The translations under genes were made by a program, and so were the position numbers. From contig OX597837.1 of the NCBI GenBank assembly GCA_951406725.2, positions 21,886,001-21,950,000 of the forward strand: 64,000 nt of DNA, written 5' to 3'. Below are positions 49,191-62,222 of the stretch, piece after piece. The DNA comes from Octopus vulgaris (lineage: Eukaryota). Position 1 is the stretch's first letter. Each line of letters starts with the position of its first letter. A model generated the notes under the pieces. The model did no database searches. It saw only the letters and a program-made list of their open reading frames with translations, and was not told the origin of the DNA.

Positions 49191-50109
49191 ATTGCAAAAA
49201 AAAAAAGAGAAGTCTAAGACAAGATTCAAAGTCTTTCATCTAAGATCCACAGAAAGACATCAAGATTTGCACGTGAAAGCAAGATCTTTGCATTACCCAC
49301 TGGACACCAAAATCCTTCGATTCAGCGAGGGAGCCTCTATTACATGGTCAGCTATTTTATATCAGGAAAGAGCATATTAGATAATGTAAAAACTAGAGGG
49401 TACCTACTAAAACAGAATGGTTAAGAGTGGAATGTCTTTGGTCATAGTTTTGCTCCTGGGTCAGGGTGGAGCTGGGACTTACAACAACCACAATTATTAA
49501 AACACTTAATTATTATCCAATTAAAATAAAAGGAAGGATTACTCAACTATGCTAAGGCAAAAAAAGTTAAGGAGCTTGTCTTTTTTCTTTACTATTTTTT
49601 CTTTTTATTAAAATCTATAAATATAACAAAGATGGCTGACTTGCACTTAACTCATGTGACCTGAGGCAGAGCATTAATGTCAAGTCCCACTCAAGAGTGA
49701 GACTCAGGAAAAAGTCCTTCATTTATTTGATTCTTTTTTTCTTTTTAGAACGACCAATTGCATGAAGATAAATTTAACACACATTTGACCGCCCTTCACG
49801 CATAGGGAGAAATACAATAGCTTATATAGATGAGGAAGCATACACACTCTGCATATGTTTGATAGTTCAACAATGAAATATATACAAAGTAGATATACAA
49901 TAGTCACATACACACAGATACAATAATACATACACAAGGCTGGAGTTCAATAGACACACACAAATACACAGAGTATGGGAATATAACAGCCTTAAACACA
50001 AAGATCAGAGAAAAATTGCAATAACGTCATGCAATTTTAAGTATTATATTTGCTATTTGCAGACAACATGTTGCTACTTGACTTATCAGAAGGCAATTTT
50101 TAGCATGTA

Positions 50110-51118
50110 CCGAATGGAGGATCACTGCCGAGTGTTGCAAGGCAGGGATGAAAATTAGTGTTCCAAAGACTGAGATATCGGTTCTCTCAAGAAAGTCTTC
50201 CCAGTACATTCTGCAAATTGGCGGAACGTCACCGAAGCAAGTGGAGAAGTTTAAGTATCTCAGGGCCATGTTCATGAGAGATGGGAAGCAGAGGGCTGAA
50301 ATGGATGCCAGAATTGTGGGTACTGGCACAGTAATGCACCAGCTCCAGCATTCAATCCTCAGAAGAGATTTATTAATTTCTTTTATTTCTTATGGTGTGT
50401 GTGTGTGGTAAAAAAGCCATACTCATCATCTTTAATTTGGCTTTTGTGCCTATCCTCAGCTATGGTATTGGATGTTGGGCATTGAACAAAAGAATATGAT
50501 CACAGATACAAGTAGCTGAAATAGGGTTCCTCCAAAGGTCTCCGGTATAATGTTACTGAACAGTGCGCATAGCTATTTCTTTAATACCCACAAGGGGCTA
50601 AACATAGAGTGGACAAACAAGGACAGACAAAGGGATTAAATCGATTACATCGACCCCAGTGCGTAACTGGTACTTAATTTATCGACCTCGAAAGGCTGAA
50701 AGGCAAAGTTGACCTCAGCGGAATTTGAACTCAGAACGTAGCGGCAGACAAAATACCACTAAGCATTTTGCCCGGTGTGCTAACGTTTCTGCCAGCTCTT
50801 GGAGATCAGGCAGTCTCTCCAGGTGAAGTTGCTACTTCTCTGCATTGAGGGATCACAGCTACAGCCCTACGAACATGTGATTAGAATGTCACAGGTAAGA
50901 ATTGCAAGATGGATTCTTCAAGCCAGCCAGTAGGAGAGCTAGAGGTAGACCAGAAACGAAATGGCTGGATAATATCCATAATCTCAGTTGGTCACATTAA
51001 GGAATCCAACCAAAAAGCTTCATGGTGGTTGAATTCTGATAGAATCCTATAGAAGACATGCCTAAAGACTCTTTCCCCATGGTCCTTCCAGGATTAATAG
51101 GCAGATGGATGGATGGAT
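50110..51118 (+). mobile_element. RTE-clade LINE (Rex3/Expander-like) 3' ~0.8 kb, interrupted by a family B SINE (50575-50796)
   Basis: GMKISVPKTE..QVEKFKYL..EMDARI, VPILSYG..CWAL, IQVAEIGFL, IEGSQL..HVIRM and RGRPETKWLDNI, with a (GGAT)n tail. Confidence 0.9.
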
Positions 51119-51119
51119 A

Positions 51120-51340
51120 CTCTCTCTTTTTACTCTTTTGTTTCAGTCATTTGACTGCAGCCATGCTGGAGCACCGCCTTTAGTTGAGCAAATCGACCCC
51201 GGGACTTATTCTTTGTAACCCCAGTATTCTATCGGTCTCTTTTGCTGAACCGCTAAGTGACGGGGACGTAAACACACCAGCATCAGTTGTCAAGCAATGC
51301 TAGGGGGACAAACACAGACACACAAACGTATACACACACG

Positions 51341-51380
<40 letters not shown>

Positions 51381-51543
51381 CATATATACGACAGGCTTCT
51401 TTCAGTTTCCATCTACCAAATCCACTCATAAGGCATTGGTCGACCCAGGGCTATAGCAGAAGACACTTGCCCAAGATGCCACGCAGTGGGACTGAACCTG
51501 GAACTATGTGGTTGGTAAGCAAGCTACTTACCACACAGCCACT
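51120..51543 (-). mobile_element. SINE family A, full length
   Basis: Family A motifs. Confidence 0.9.
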
Positions 51544-52462
51544 ATATGATAGGCACTTTTGTAAACCATAGCATCAATGTTGATAGGTTTCCAATAAGTC
51601 AATCACTGGCTCATGTTAACAGAGGTACGGTGCAAGTAGGGAGGAATAAATAATATCACAAGGTAATTTTTGTTTGATGCACCAACTGACCAGAAATTTC
51701 TTGATAAGATTCATATCTTTTACCAGCACATATATGCAAATATGAAGAGCTTTCAACATTTTCCATTCACTAAATTTCACTCAAGCTATTCGTCAATTCA
51801 AAGCAATATGAGAAGACATATGTCATTGGCTCAAATCTGGAAACTACTGGGGGTGAAACAAACTTCTTAAGTGGTTTGTTCCACCCCCAGTAGGTTCATC
51901 CACAGGAATTAAACCATGTGTCTACCATAGACTGAACAACTGTGATACCATTCTGTCAGCAAGAATTAACTTTTAACCATGAAATTAAAAGGCTTTGTTC
52001 ATTCTGGATCATATTTTTGAAACATTTGAAATTTGAAAGTAAATCTTTTATTAAAGTTGAATAAATGCAATTTTACTTACAACTCTTTTGTTTTGTAGAA
52101 TTATTACCACCTGACATCTTACTCACATATACAGGGGACAAGCTGGCACAATTGTTAGTGCACTGGACAAAATATTGAATGATGTTTCTTTCAGCTTTAT
52201 GATCTGAGTTTAAATGCAGTTGAGATTGAATTTACCTTTCGTTCTTTTGGGGTTGGGGTTGATGTTAACTTAACTCCTCCCTTGAAATTTTTGGCCTTGC
52301 ACCAAAATTTGAAACCATTATGTATGTGTGGTTTGGATTGTTTTTGAAGCATGGAAAAATCTGAAAGTAAATCTTCATGAAGTTCCTCAAATGCATATGT
52401 AACTTCTAAGTAAAAGCTCATGATATACCAAGTAAAAAGATCTTTTAGCATGGAAGTAGACA

Positions 52463-52985
52463 AAGTCATCCACAGGAATTAAACCATGTGTCTACCATAG
52501 ACTGAACAACTAAGATACCATTCAGTCAGCAAGAATTAACTTTTAATCATGAAATTAAAAGGCTTTGTTCATTCTAGATCATATTTTTGAAACATTTGAA
52601 ATTTGAAAGTAAATCTTTTATTAAAGCTGCATAAATGCAATTTTACTTACAACTCTTTTATTTTGTAGAATCATTACCATCTGACCTACAGCAGATGTAT
52701 GGTTTGGTTCTTGAGGGTGACTGACCACTTCTATTTTTTTCTAAGGAATTTTATATTTTTTCACTGCTTATTACTCATAGTCATACTTAACTTTGTGCAA
52801 CACAAGTCTTATTTTCTAATTTCTCAAGACTTCCAAAATATGATTCAAAACACAAATTTCCTTTCTTGCTCATAAGATTAAAGCTTCAAATTTGACACAT
52901 AAAGGTTAGAAGGCTTCTCTGGTTTAGTGGTACCACAATGATCTGATCTACAGTAGACACATGGTTCAATTCTCATGAATGACTT
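52463..52985. mobile_element. Putative TIR element (~520 bp); its left ~218 bp is duplicated at 51897-52114
   Basis: AAGTCATCCACAGGAATTAAACCATGTGTCTAC pairs with the inverted GTAGACACATGGTTCAATTCTCATGAATGACTT. Confidence 0.6.
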
Positions 52986-53250
52986 CGCCCTTTTTTTTTT
53001 TATTTATTACTGTCTATGGGAGTTCGTATCTGATATTTTATGAGAGTTAACAAACCAGACAAAATACTTAGTGGCATTTCTGGTTTTACATTCTAAACTC
53101 AAATTACACAATGGTCATCTTTACTTTTCATCCTTTTTAAGGTTGATAAAAAGAAGTACATGTACTAGCCCCTCTCCTCAAAATTGCTAAAATTAGAAAA
53201 AATCATAGTTACATTTGCATATAACCAACTTCATAAAAAGACACACTCTA

Positions 53251-53274
<24 letters not shown>

Positions 53275-53281
<7 letters not shown>

Positions 53282-53682
53282 TGGAAGATGGGGCTCCTTG
53301 TCACATGGCTAAAATGATCCTAGATCTGTTGGATGAGAATGGCATTAAAAAGCTTCCACGGACAAGCCAGTCATCAGATATGAACCCTATTGAACACCTC
53401 TGGGGCATAATGGACAGGACACTTCATAAAAAGAACAAGAAAGCATCTTCAAAGCCATATCTTTTGAAATTACTGCATGAAACTTGGCAAGAAATTCTGC
53501 AAGAGAATAATCATCACCTGATTAGTAACATACCTAATAGGGTCCTTGCATTGAAAAACGCAAAGGGCATATCTACTAAATATTAAATATTTACATTATA
53601 ACAAATAATTTGAAGGTATAATTTCAGATTTAAATTAATTTTAATGATTATAAGAGTGTCTATTTACTTCTGTTGTATACAT
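53275..53682 (+). mobile_element. Tc1 (DD34E) transposase C-terminal relic plus probable right end
   Basis: DGAPCH...SQSSDMNPIEHLW has exactly 34 residues between D and E, and the frame ends AKGISTKY*. The 5' part is lost at a (TA)n. Confidence 0.9.
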
Positions 53683-53943
53683 ATATATAGGCAAGATGGC
53701 AGATTCATTAAAACAACAGATAGAATTATTTGTGGTATCATTTCCAGTTCTCTGTGCTCCAAGTTCAAATCCCATTTTCCCATTTAAGTCAACTCCACCT
53801 TGCATCATCTTGGGTTCCATAAATAAAATACCAACCATGTACAGAAGTTGATTCTTCTCTCTTTCTGGCTGGAAAAAACTGGTCTAGGTTCCTGTAAGGA
53901 GCCTACAAAACTAAGTTGCATGGGCCCGAAAAATAATAATATG

Positions 53944-54593
53944 TCAAATTTTGGCACAAGGTCAGCAGTTTCAGTGGTGGGAGGAAGTCGATTACATCAA
54001 CCTCAGTACTCATCTGGTACTTAATTTATCAACCCCTGAAGGATGAAATGTTAATTCGACCTTGGCAGAATTTGAAATCAGGACGTAAAGATGGACAAAA
54101 TACCACCAAGTATTTTGCCTGGTGTGCTAACAATTCTACCAGCTCACCACCTTAATAATAACAACAACAATGATGATTTCAAATTTCAGCACGGCTAGCA
54201 ATTTCAGGGTAGGGGATAAGTTGATTACATCAATCCCAGTATTCAAACTGATACTTATTTTATTGACCCCTAAAGGATGAAAGAAGAATTTGAACTCAGA
54301 ACATGAAGATGGATGAAATGCTGGTAAGCATTTTGCCAGGTGTGTTAATGATTCTGCCAGCTCATCACCTTAATAATAATCCTTTCTACTATAGGTACAA
54401 GGCCTGAAATTTAAAGGAGAGGGTTATTTGATTACACTGACCCCAGAACTCAACTGGTACTTATTTTATTGACCCTGAAAAGATGAAAGGCAAAGTTAAC
54501 CCTAGTGGAATTTGAACTCAGAATGTGATGACAGGCGAAATACTGCTATGCATTTCGCCTGATATGCTAATGATTTTGCCAGCTCGCTGCCTA

Positions 54594-54626
<33 letters not shown>

Positions 54627-54838
54627 CCTTTCTATTATAGACACAAGGCCTGAAATTTGTGGGGAGAGATAAATCGATTACATCAACCCCAGAGCTTGAC
54701 TGGTACTTAATTTTTTTGACCCAGAAAGAATGAAAGACAAAGTCGACTTCTGTGGAATTTGAACTCAGAACATGAAGACAGATGAAATGCCACTAAGCAT
54801 TCTGCCTGGCATGCTAACAATTTTGCCAGCCTACTGCC
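53944..54838 (-). mobile_element. Head-to-tail array of four SINE family B copies separated by (TAA)n
   Basis: Copies at about 53944-54151, 54177-54370, 54379-54591 and 54626-54838. Confidence 0.85.
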
Positions 54839-55801
54839 TAAATAATAATAATAATAATAATAATAATATTAATAATAATATATATATATAGTAAGAATAC
54901 AATACTCTGCGCATATGACATTTACAAGTGAAATGTGTATACACATACACATGTAGTTACTGTTGCATAAATATGTACACACATGCATAAGTATGTCTTG
55001 CTTCCCACATCCCAAGAGCATTTGTTCTTGATCCTGTCTTTTTGGGGTTTTTTGGGGGGTTTTGGGGGGTTTTTTTTTTTCTCATTCAATTCTTTGTATT
55101 CTCCAAAATTCTTGTTGTAGTTGTTGACATTGCTGCTGTTCTTGGCAATGTTTGCTTTTTTTTTTGTTGTTGTTGTTCTTAGGCCCAAGTGTTGTTTTTG
55201 TTTGTTCTGTTCTTATCTTTGTTGCTGTATTTTATTCCTATTCATCATGATGATCTTCCTTAAAGGTTGTTAATAAGTAGGGAAAAGAGGAGGGTGGGGA
55301 GTGGCTTGAGACCACACACAAAGTGAAACGACATACCTATACACACAAACTCACAAACAAATACACAGCCATATACATTTGCACAAATATGCATAAACAT
55401 TCACATACACACACACACACATGCTGATGAAGGACTTACTTAAATATCCTTTGTTATTGCCTGGAAACCTGCTTGACATTATGAGGATCCATGCAAAATA
55501 GATTTGTGAGTCTCAGAACTAAACCACAATAATCCTGCAGCATCTCAGATTCTCTTTGAGGAATGGTTAGACAAACAAGCATTATTTTGAAAAGCAGATA
55601 ATGACTCTACCCCATCGCTTCAACGAGAAGGTTATTTGCTAGGCTGGCTAACTCGTACTTCTATACACGAGAATTTTACTGTTTTTAAAAGCATAAAATA
55701 TAAACATAAGCATGGCAGCGTGATTGAGAAGCTTGCTTCTCAGTCATATGGACTTGGATTGAATCCAACTGCATTGTATCTTGGGCAAGTGTCTTCTAAT
55801 A

Positions 55802-56012
55802 TTTTACTTGTTTCAGTCATTTGACTGCAGCCATGCTGGAGCACTGCCTTTAATCGAGCAACTTGACCCCAGGACTTATTCTTTTGTAAGCCCAGTACTT
55901 ATACTATCAGTCTCTTTTGCTGAACCGCTAAGTAACGGGGACATAAACACACCAGCATCGGTTGTCAAGCAACGCTAGGGGGACAAATACAGACACACAA
56001 ACACACACACGC

Positions 56013-56047
<35 letters not shown>

Positions 56048-56213
56048 TACGACGGGCTTCTTTCAGTTTCTGTCTACCAAATCCACTCACAAGGCATTGG
56101 TCAGCCCAAGGCTATAGTAGAAGACACTTGCCCAAGGTGCCACGCAGTGGGACTGAACCCGGAACCATGTGGTTAGTAAACAAGCTACTTACCACACAGC
56201 CATTCCTGTGCCT
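55802..56213 (-). mobile_element. SINE family A nested in an older plus-strand family A copy
   Basis: The host at 55705-55800 resumes at about 56228. Confidence 0.85.
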
Positions 56214-57733
56214 AAAAAGCATAAATGTCTTCTACTATTTTACTATAATTGCAGACTGATCCAAACCTTGTGAGTGGATTTGGAAGATGGAAGCCGAAAA
56301 AGCCTGTTGTATGTATGTGTGGATGTATTTTACTTTGTGTGTTTTATTCTTCCCATTTTCTTAATCACTCCCTGTCTGTACCTATAACTTTGCAACGGAA
56401 TCTGTCCCTCACCATTCCTGCCCAATGCCTTAAACCTAAGATCACTAACAACATTCTATATTAAAATCTGAGCGACACAGAGCTCATTTAATGAGCTACC
56501 TCTCATTACATCACCTGATGCTCCACAACTATACCAAGGATGCACCACAACTAGTTCTTTAGTTCCCCACCCATTGCATTGTTTCAGAGTCATTGAAATA
56601 AAATAACAGTCCAGTGTATTGGATTAGCAGAATTGTTAGAACATCAGAGAAGATACCTTGTGGTATTTGTACAAGCTTTTTGCATTCAAGTTCAAATCCC
56701 ACCGTCACTTACATGGATAGTAAACTTAACCCATTATTCAGTCTAATAGCACAATTTAATCCTTTAGTGCTTTTAGTGGCATTCATTCTGTTGCAAGCAT
56801 TCATATCAGGTTTGAGGATAATTTCCTTATTTAGCATCATCGACCCTGAATTTGCAAAGGATCATGGATGCTGCTTTTCCTACCTTTCACTCCCTGATCT
56901 AGGAAGTAAAAAAAGAAAAAAAGTTTTCATCATCATCATTATTATTATCTAATGTTCACTTTTCCATACTTGTGTGGATCAAACAGGATTCGTTGAGGTA
57001 AATTTTCTGTTGAGTGAATATCCTTTCTGTTACCAATCCTTACCTGTTTCCAAGCAAGGTAATATTTCCTCATAGCTAGCCATGTTTATTCACAGAAGAC
57101 TGGAAATGAATGACCCTGCTTGTATGACGAAGAAGCTCATTTACAACCATCATGTGATGTCTAGACATGGATACACACATACACACACACACACACCATA
57201 AGAAATAAAAGAAATTAATAAATCAAGGCAGATATCTCTAAAGCACTCAGTGTTAGACAAATTTGGTTAACTCTATCAAAACAACCAGATACCAATAAAT
57301 TCAAGCATGCATATATATGTGTGTGTATATATATGTATATATATATATATATATACATACATAGATAAGAAGTAAAAAGGATTAATAAATCCAAATAGAT
57401 ATCTATAAAGCATTAAGTGATAAATGAATTTTGTTAACTATATCAAACGATCAGATACCAATAAATGCAAGTAGAATAAACATCCAAGGAAATTACTCAT
57501 GTATGATAAGTAAAGCCAAATATTGCTTGGAAGAATTTCAAGAAATTCAGAGTATATGACAGGAAGAATAAGAATGGAGAAAATCACGTCTTTAATTGGT
57601 GGTTATACCATACATAACCAATGATGTAATCATTGGTTATGTATGTAATTACCAATAAAAGATGTGGTCTTCTTCATTCTTACTTTTGTTATAGATAGTC
57701 ACTTCAGCCATGTAACCACACATGCTTTTCTTG

Positions 57734-57892
57734 GACTCTCGGAGTGGTTGGCATTAGGAAGGGCATCCAGCTGTAGAAACTCTGCCAAATCAGATTGGAA
57801 TCTGGTGCAGCCATCTGGTTCACCAGACCTCAGTCAAATCGTCCAACCCATGCTAGCAAGTGGATGTTAAACGATGATGATGATGATGATGA
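57734..57892 (+). mobile_element. RTE-3'UTR-type retroposon with (GAT)n tail
   Basis: Canonical motifs. Confidence 0.8.
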
Positions 57893-57996
57893 TTATAGGG
57901 CTGGTGTGAGAAATAAGATCTGGTCAGTTTGAACATAAAACAGACAGAATATTTTGGCCAGATATGGCTGGCTTAAACGCTAAAGGGTTAATAAAC

Positions 57997-58200
57997 TTTT
58001 CCTGGTACAGTCATGTATCCCACCACACAATTCCCTTCAGGGTACAGTTGAGGGAGGGTGAAAGAGGGGCAGACAAAAAATCCTGGTTTGACAGCATCAA
58101 GGACTGGGCAGGTCAAAACACAGTGACCCTGCTATGCATGACAAAGAACAGAGACCAGTGGAAATGGTTGACTATGAACATGTCCAGTAAGTTCACCATC
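57997..58200 (+). mobile_element. RTE LINE ORF C-terminal relic
   Basis: WYSHV..LQGTVEGG*KRGRQK / KSWFDSIKDWAG..LL..TKNRDQWK. Confidence 0.75.
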
Positions 58201-59081
58201 ATCAATTCACAGCAGGGAAATTCACTGTTTTTTTCCCTTCAATAAAATAGTATCTAACTTTTAATGGTGAGATACTTTGGATATATCTTCTTAGTAAACT
58301 TTCCTTGCAGTGAACTTTCTTCGTAGTGAATTAATGGAAGTGAGCTTACCCTGCAGTGAATTGATGGCAGTGAACTTACCTGTAATTAACTATGAAAGTG
58401 CTTGGCTGCTTCCATTAAGGGCTCTTCGCAGTGATGATGAAGAATTTGTCACGAGTATTAAAAACAACCAATTTTGGCAGCATTTGTAGGAGGAAACCTA
58501 ATCAGCATTAATCTTTGAGTTAGAAAATCTTGAAACTGCATTAGATCTAAAAAAATTTTCAGTTTGTTTTTTTATTAATTCAGATATATTGTCTTTGAGT
58601 AATGCTATGTAAATACTTGTAGATGTATATGCAGAACTAAATGCCTGGTATATGCTCACAGAATGAAATGATTCATATCTGCTCATAAGCTGTTGGAGAC
58701 ACTGACTGGGTAAAGTTATTTTCCAGTGATAGAAAGTATAGAGGCACGCATGCGTACACACACACCAAGTTAAACTTATGTAGGTCAGTAATGGTAAATA
58801 TTTCCCCATATCAATATATATGTATAAATATGCTAGCAAATATGTTTGTATTATATAAATATAAATTGAAAACCAATACAGGCTAAAGATCGAAAATCTG
58901 ACATGTTTATAAATTAAATATATCATATACTTTGAAAATACTATAAACACTTGAAAATATTATACACACACACTTTGAAAATGTTATATATATATATGTA
59001 TATATATATATGTAAAATTTGAAAATACATACACACACAGACAGATGGAGATGGAGAGAGAGAGTGTGTTATTTGAAAATA

Positions 59082-59377
59082 CTGGGTTGGTGCATTTTTT
59101 TTTCAATAAATTTTATTCAACAAAACCAATAACAACATATAACAAAAACACCATTAAATGATTATTCCAGAGCATATTCACCATCTACTTCAATTACCGT
59201 TTCCCATTTGCTTGGCAGACAGTCAGACTGTCATTTAAAGATGTTTTTGTTAAATATTGTTATTTTGATTTTTGATTTTGATTTTTCTAGTTTCAGCTAA
59301 TGAGCTGTGGCCATGCTGGGTTTTGTTGAATAAAAATTTGTTGTAAAAAAAGCCGCAATAATTATGCACCAACCCAA
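59082..59377 (-). mobile_element. Internally deleted mariner with both TIRs
   Basis: TA|CTGGGTTGGTGCA ... TGCACCAACCCAA|TA; the minus strand encodes LPSKWETVIEVDGEYALE*. Confidence 0.9.
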
Positions 59378-60494
59378 TAAAAACTAGTAAATATATGTTA
59401 TTGAGCTTTCTGTACTTGGTGCATAATCTGGTTAAATTCTTAGCCAAAATTAATGATTTCCTTGGTTTATAAAATAAAAAATAGACACCACCCCCCCCCA
59501 CATACTCTAATATTCTGGATGAGAAAGGAAGGAGAAGAGAAAACAGATGGGGAGAGGTGAAGAAATGTGACTTTGGCCATTCTGGAGCACCACCTTAAAG
59601 GGTTTTAGTCGAAGAAATCGACCCTGGGACCTATTCTTTGCAAGCCTAGTACTTATTTTATCATCTCTTTTGTCAAACTGCTAAGTTACGGGGACAAGCA
59701 CAAACAGGCATAGACGCACATATATGATGGGCTTTTTTCAGTTTCCGTCTACTAAATTCACTCATATAGCCTGAGGTTATAGTAGAAGACACTTGTCCAA
59801 GGTACCATGTAGTGGGACCTAATCTCCATTTACAAGGCTTTGATCTGTCTGGGGCTATAATAGAAGGCATTCTACACATAAAGATGCCTTCGAAACGTGG
59901 AGTAGATAAAACAGGGACAACTGAAGAAGGGGAATATTCTTTATGTTGTATGTCTCGTTTCTCTGTTTTTTTCGTTGTTTGAAAAAAAGTTTGTTTCTAT
60001 GTTTTTGTTTTTATGTTTTCGTTTCTCATTGTGTTCAACGTTTTTTTGATGTCCTGTACCCATATATGCATGTATATATACATATAGATGTAGGCATGTA
60101 CATATATGTATGTATATATGCATATATTTATATATTATTTATATTATTAGACTGGTTATAAAGTCTGCTTGATCAGGGTTGACTTGGAGTTAAACAACAA
60201 CAAACATATCACTCACCATGTTCAAATCAACAATCATTATCGCAAGCCAACAAGGAAGACCTTTATGTGGTCTCTTGACATTGCTAGAAATAACCAAACC
60301 ACTGTCAAATCACACCCTAGTCTAAGAAATGTATTGATGTATTTGATAATGTCCTAGATATATTAAATCTGAAGAAAAATATGCGAAATGACTTGATAGT
60401 CATGGTTGGAATAAGTATAAGTATAAATTTGTACATTGAGATTGGACCAAGGGTTAAACAACATCTTGAACTGGCAGTCCATTGGTTACAACAA

Positions 60495-60792
60495 TGAAGG
60501 GTTCCAGTTGATCCGACCAATGGAACAGCTTGCTCGTGAAATTAACGTGCAAGTGGCTGAGTACTCCACAGACATGCGTACCCTTAATGTAGTTCTCGGG
60601 GAGATTCAGTATGACAGAATGTGACAAGGTTGACCCTTTGAAATACAGGTACTACTCATTTTCCCCAGCTGGGTGAACTGGGGCAATGTGAAATAAAGTG
60701 TCTTGCTCAAGAACACAATATGTTGCTGCAAATTGAACTCATGACCTTATGATCGTGAGCCAAATACCCCTGACCACTAAGCCACACACCTT
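60495..60792 (-). mobile_element. SINE family C, well preserved
   Basis: Reverse match to 19255-19550. Confidence 0.85.
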
Positions 60793-60979
60793 CCCTAAAC
60801 AATATCTTGACAAGTAGCTACAGTGGCCAATTGGACAATATATTTCGAAATACAGACTCATACTTAAGTCAACCTTATCTTCATTATGAGTGGAGTCAGT
60901 TTTCATTTTCTTTTCATTCATGGTATACAGGTCAAACAGGTTTTGTGAAGAAGATCCCCACTCTCTTCCTCTGCACCTT

Positions 60980-61040
60980 CATCTATTTATCTATCTACAC
61001 CTACCTATCAATCAATCTACATCTATCTACATCTACCTGC

Positions 61041-61079
<39 letters not shown>

Positions 61080-61162
61080 CATATATATATATACATCTAT
61101 CTATCTATCTACATATATATATATACATCTATCTATCTATCTATCTATCTATCTACATCTAT
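60980..61162. repeat. (TCTA)n compound microsatellite
   Basis: Direct reading of the sequence. Confidence 0.9.
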
Positions 61163-61584
61163 CTTTTTTTCTTTCTTTTTTCTTTCTTTCTTTCTTTCAA
61201 TCACCATTTTTTTCAGTCTCCTAATGTCAGTTTGTCAACAGAGACACGTGTCGTAACTTTGCTTGTTGCATGAGAGCATCCCAGTTTAGCTTAGCTCTGA
61301 CCACTTCATGTTAAACCCACTTCCACTGACTTGGCTACCTCCCAAACACTCAGATCAATAATATACATAAATACATACAAACACATACAAACAATAGCAG
61401 CCATGTTAATTTCTGCTGTGGTACTGTCTTCATGGCTTTAAGTTTTTGTCAATTAAGTCAAACCTAGTCATTTTCCTAGGCTAGTACTCATTTTATCAAA
61501 TCACCAAGTTACAATTTTGACATAAAGAGATGCACTCAACAATGGTTAGCATAAACACACTAGCACTCCATCGGATATGATGCC

Positions 61585-62222
61585 AAAGGTTCCAGTTGAT
61601 CCAATCAACGAAACAACCAGCTTGTGAAATTAATGTGGAAGTGGCTGAGTACTTCACAGACATCATGTACATTTAGTGTAGTTCTCAGGGTGATCCAGTG
61701 TGGCACAGAATGTGACAAGACTGAAAAAAGGACCCCTTTGGTCGTGAATGACCATAGAATTGCTCCTAGAAAGTTCCCCTCTGAGGCACAAGTCCAGGCA
61801 AGCTGTAGAAATGTTTATGGAAGACCAGTAGTCACCCATGGATACCAGCCTCCCTTCTCCACACCATTGATGTTATCCAAGGGAAAGACAAAGGCCGATA
61901 CAGCTTGGTACCAGTGATGTTGCAACTCATTTCTACAGCTGAGTGAACTGGAGCAATGTGAAATAAAGTGTCTTGCTCAAGAACACAATAAAGAACAAAA
62001 CACACAGCCCGGTCTGGAAATTGAACTCACAATCTCATGATAGTGAGCCCAATGCTCTAACCACTGAAACATGTGTCCTTTGAAATAGAGGTACAATAAA
62101 TTTTTGCCAACTGAATGGACTGGAGCAATGTGAAATAAAGTATCTTGCTCAAGGATACAACATGCCATCAGAAATTGAACTCAAGACTTTACGATCATAA
62201 GCCAAATACCCTAACCACTATC
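61585..62222 (-). mobile_element. SINE family C interrupted by a related SINE with an RTE-like tail (~61725-62075)
   Basis: The family C body resumes at CCTTTGAAATAGAGGTAC. The insert ends in GGTCGTGAATGACCAT, similar to the RTE end near 45448. Confidence 0.7.

Noticed and set aside
55041-55070. T4G4 telomere-like or G-quadruplex motif
   Set aside because: It has only three irregular G-runs inside a low-complexity T/G tract.
55424-55470. CTGATGA...GGAAAC hammerhead-like words (also at 13451, 19839 and 49161)
   Set aside because: Stems I and III and the cleavage triplet are not in register. The 13451 word is LINE coding sequence and the 49161 word is a SINE variant.
58498-58950. 150-aa minus-strand ORF
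   Set aside because: It is AT-rich and Y/I/L-biased with no recognisable domain, so it is likely chance or decayed TE sequence.
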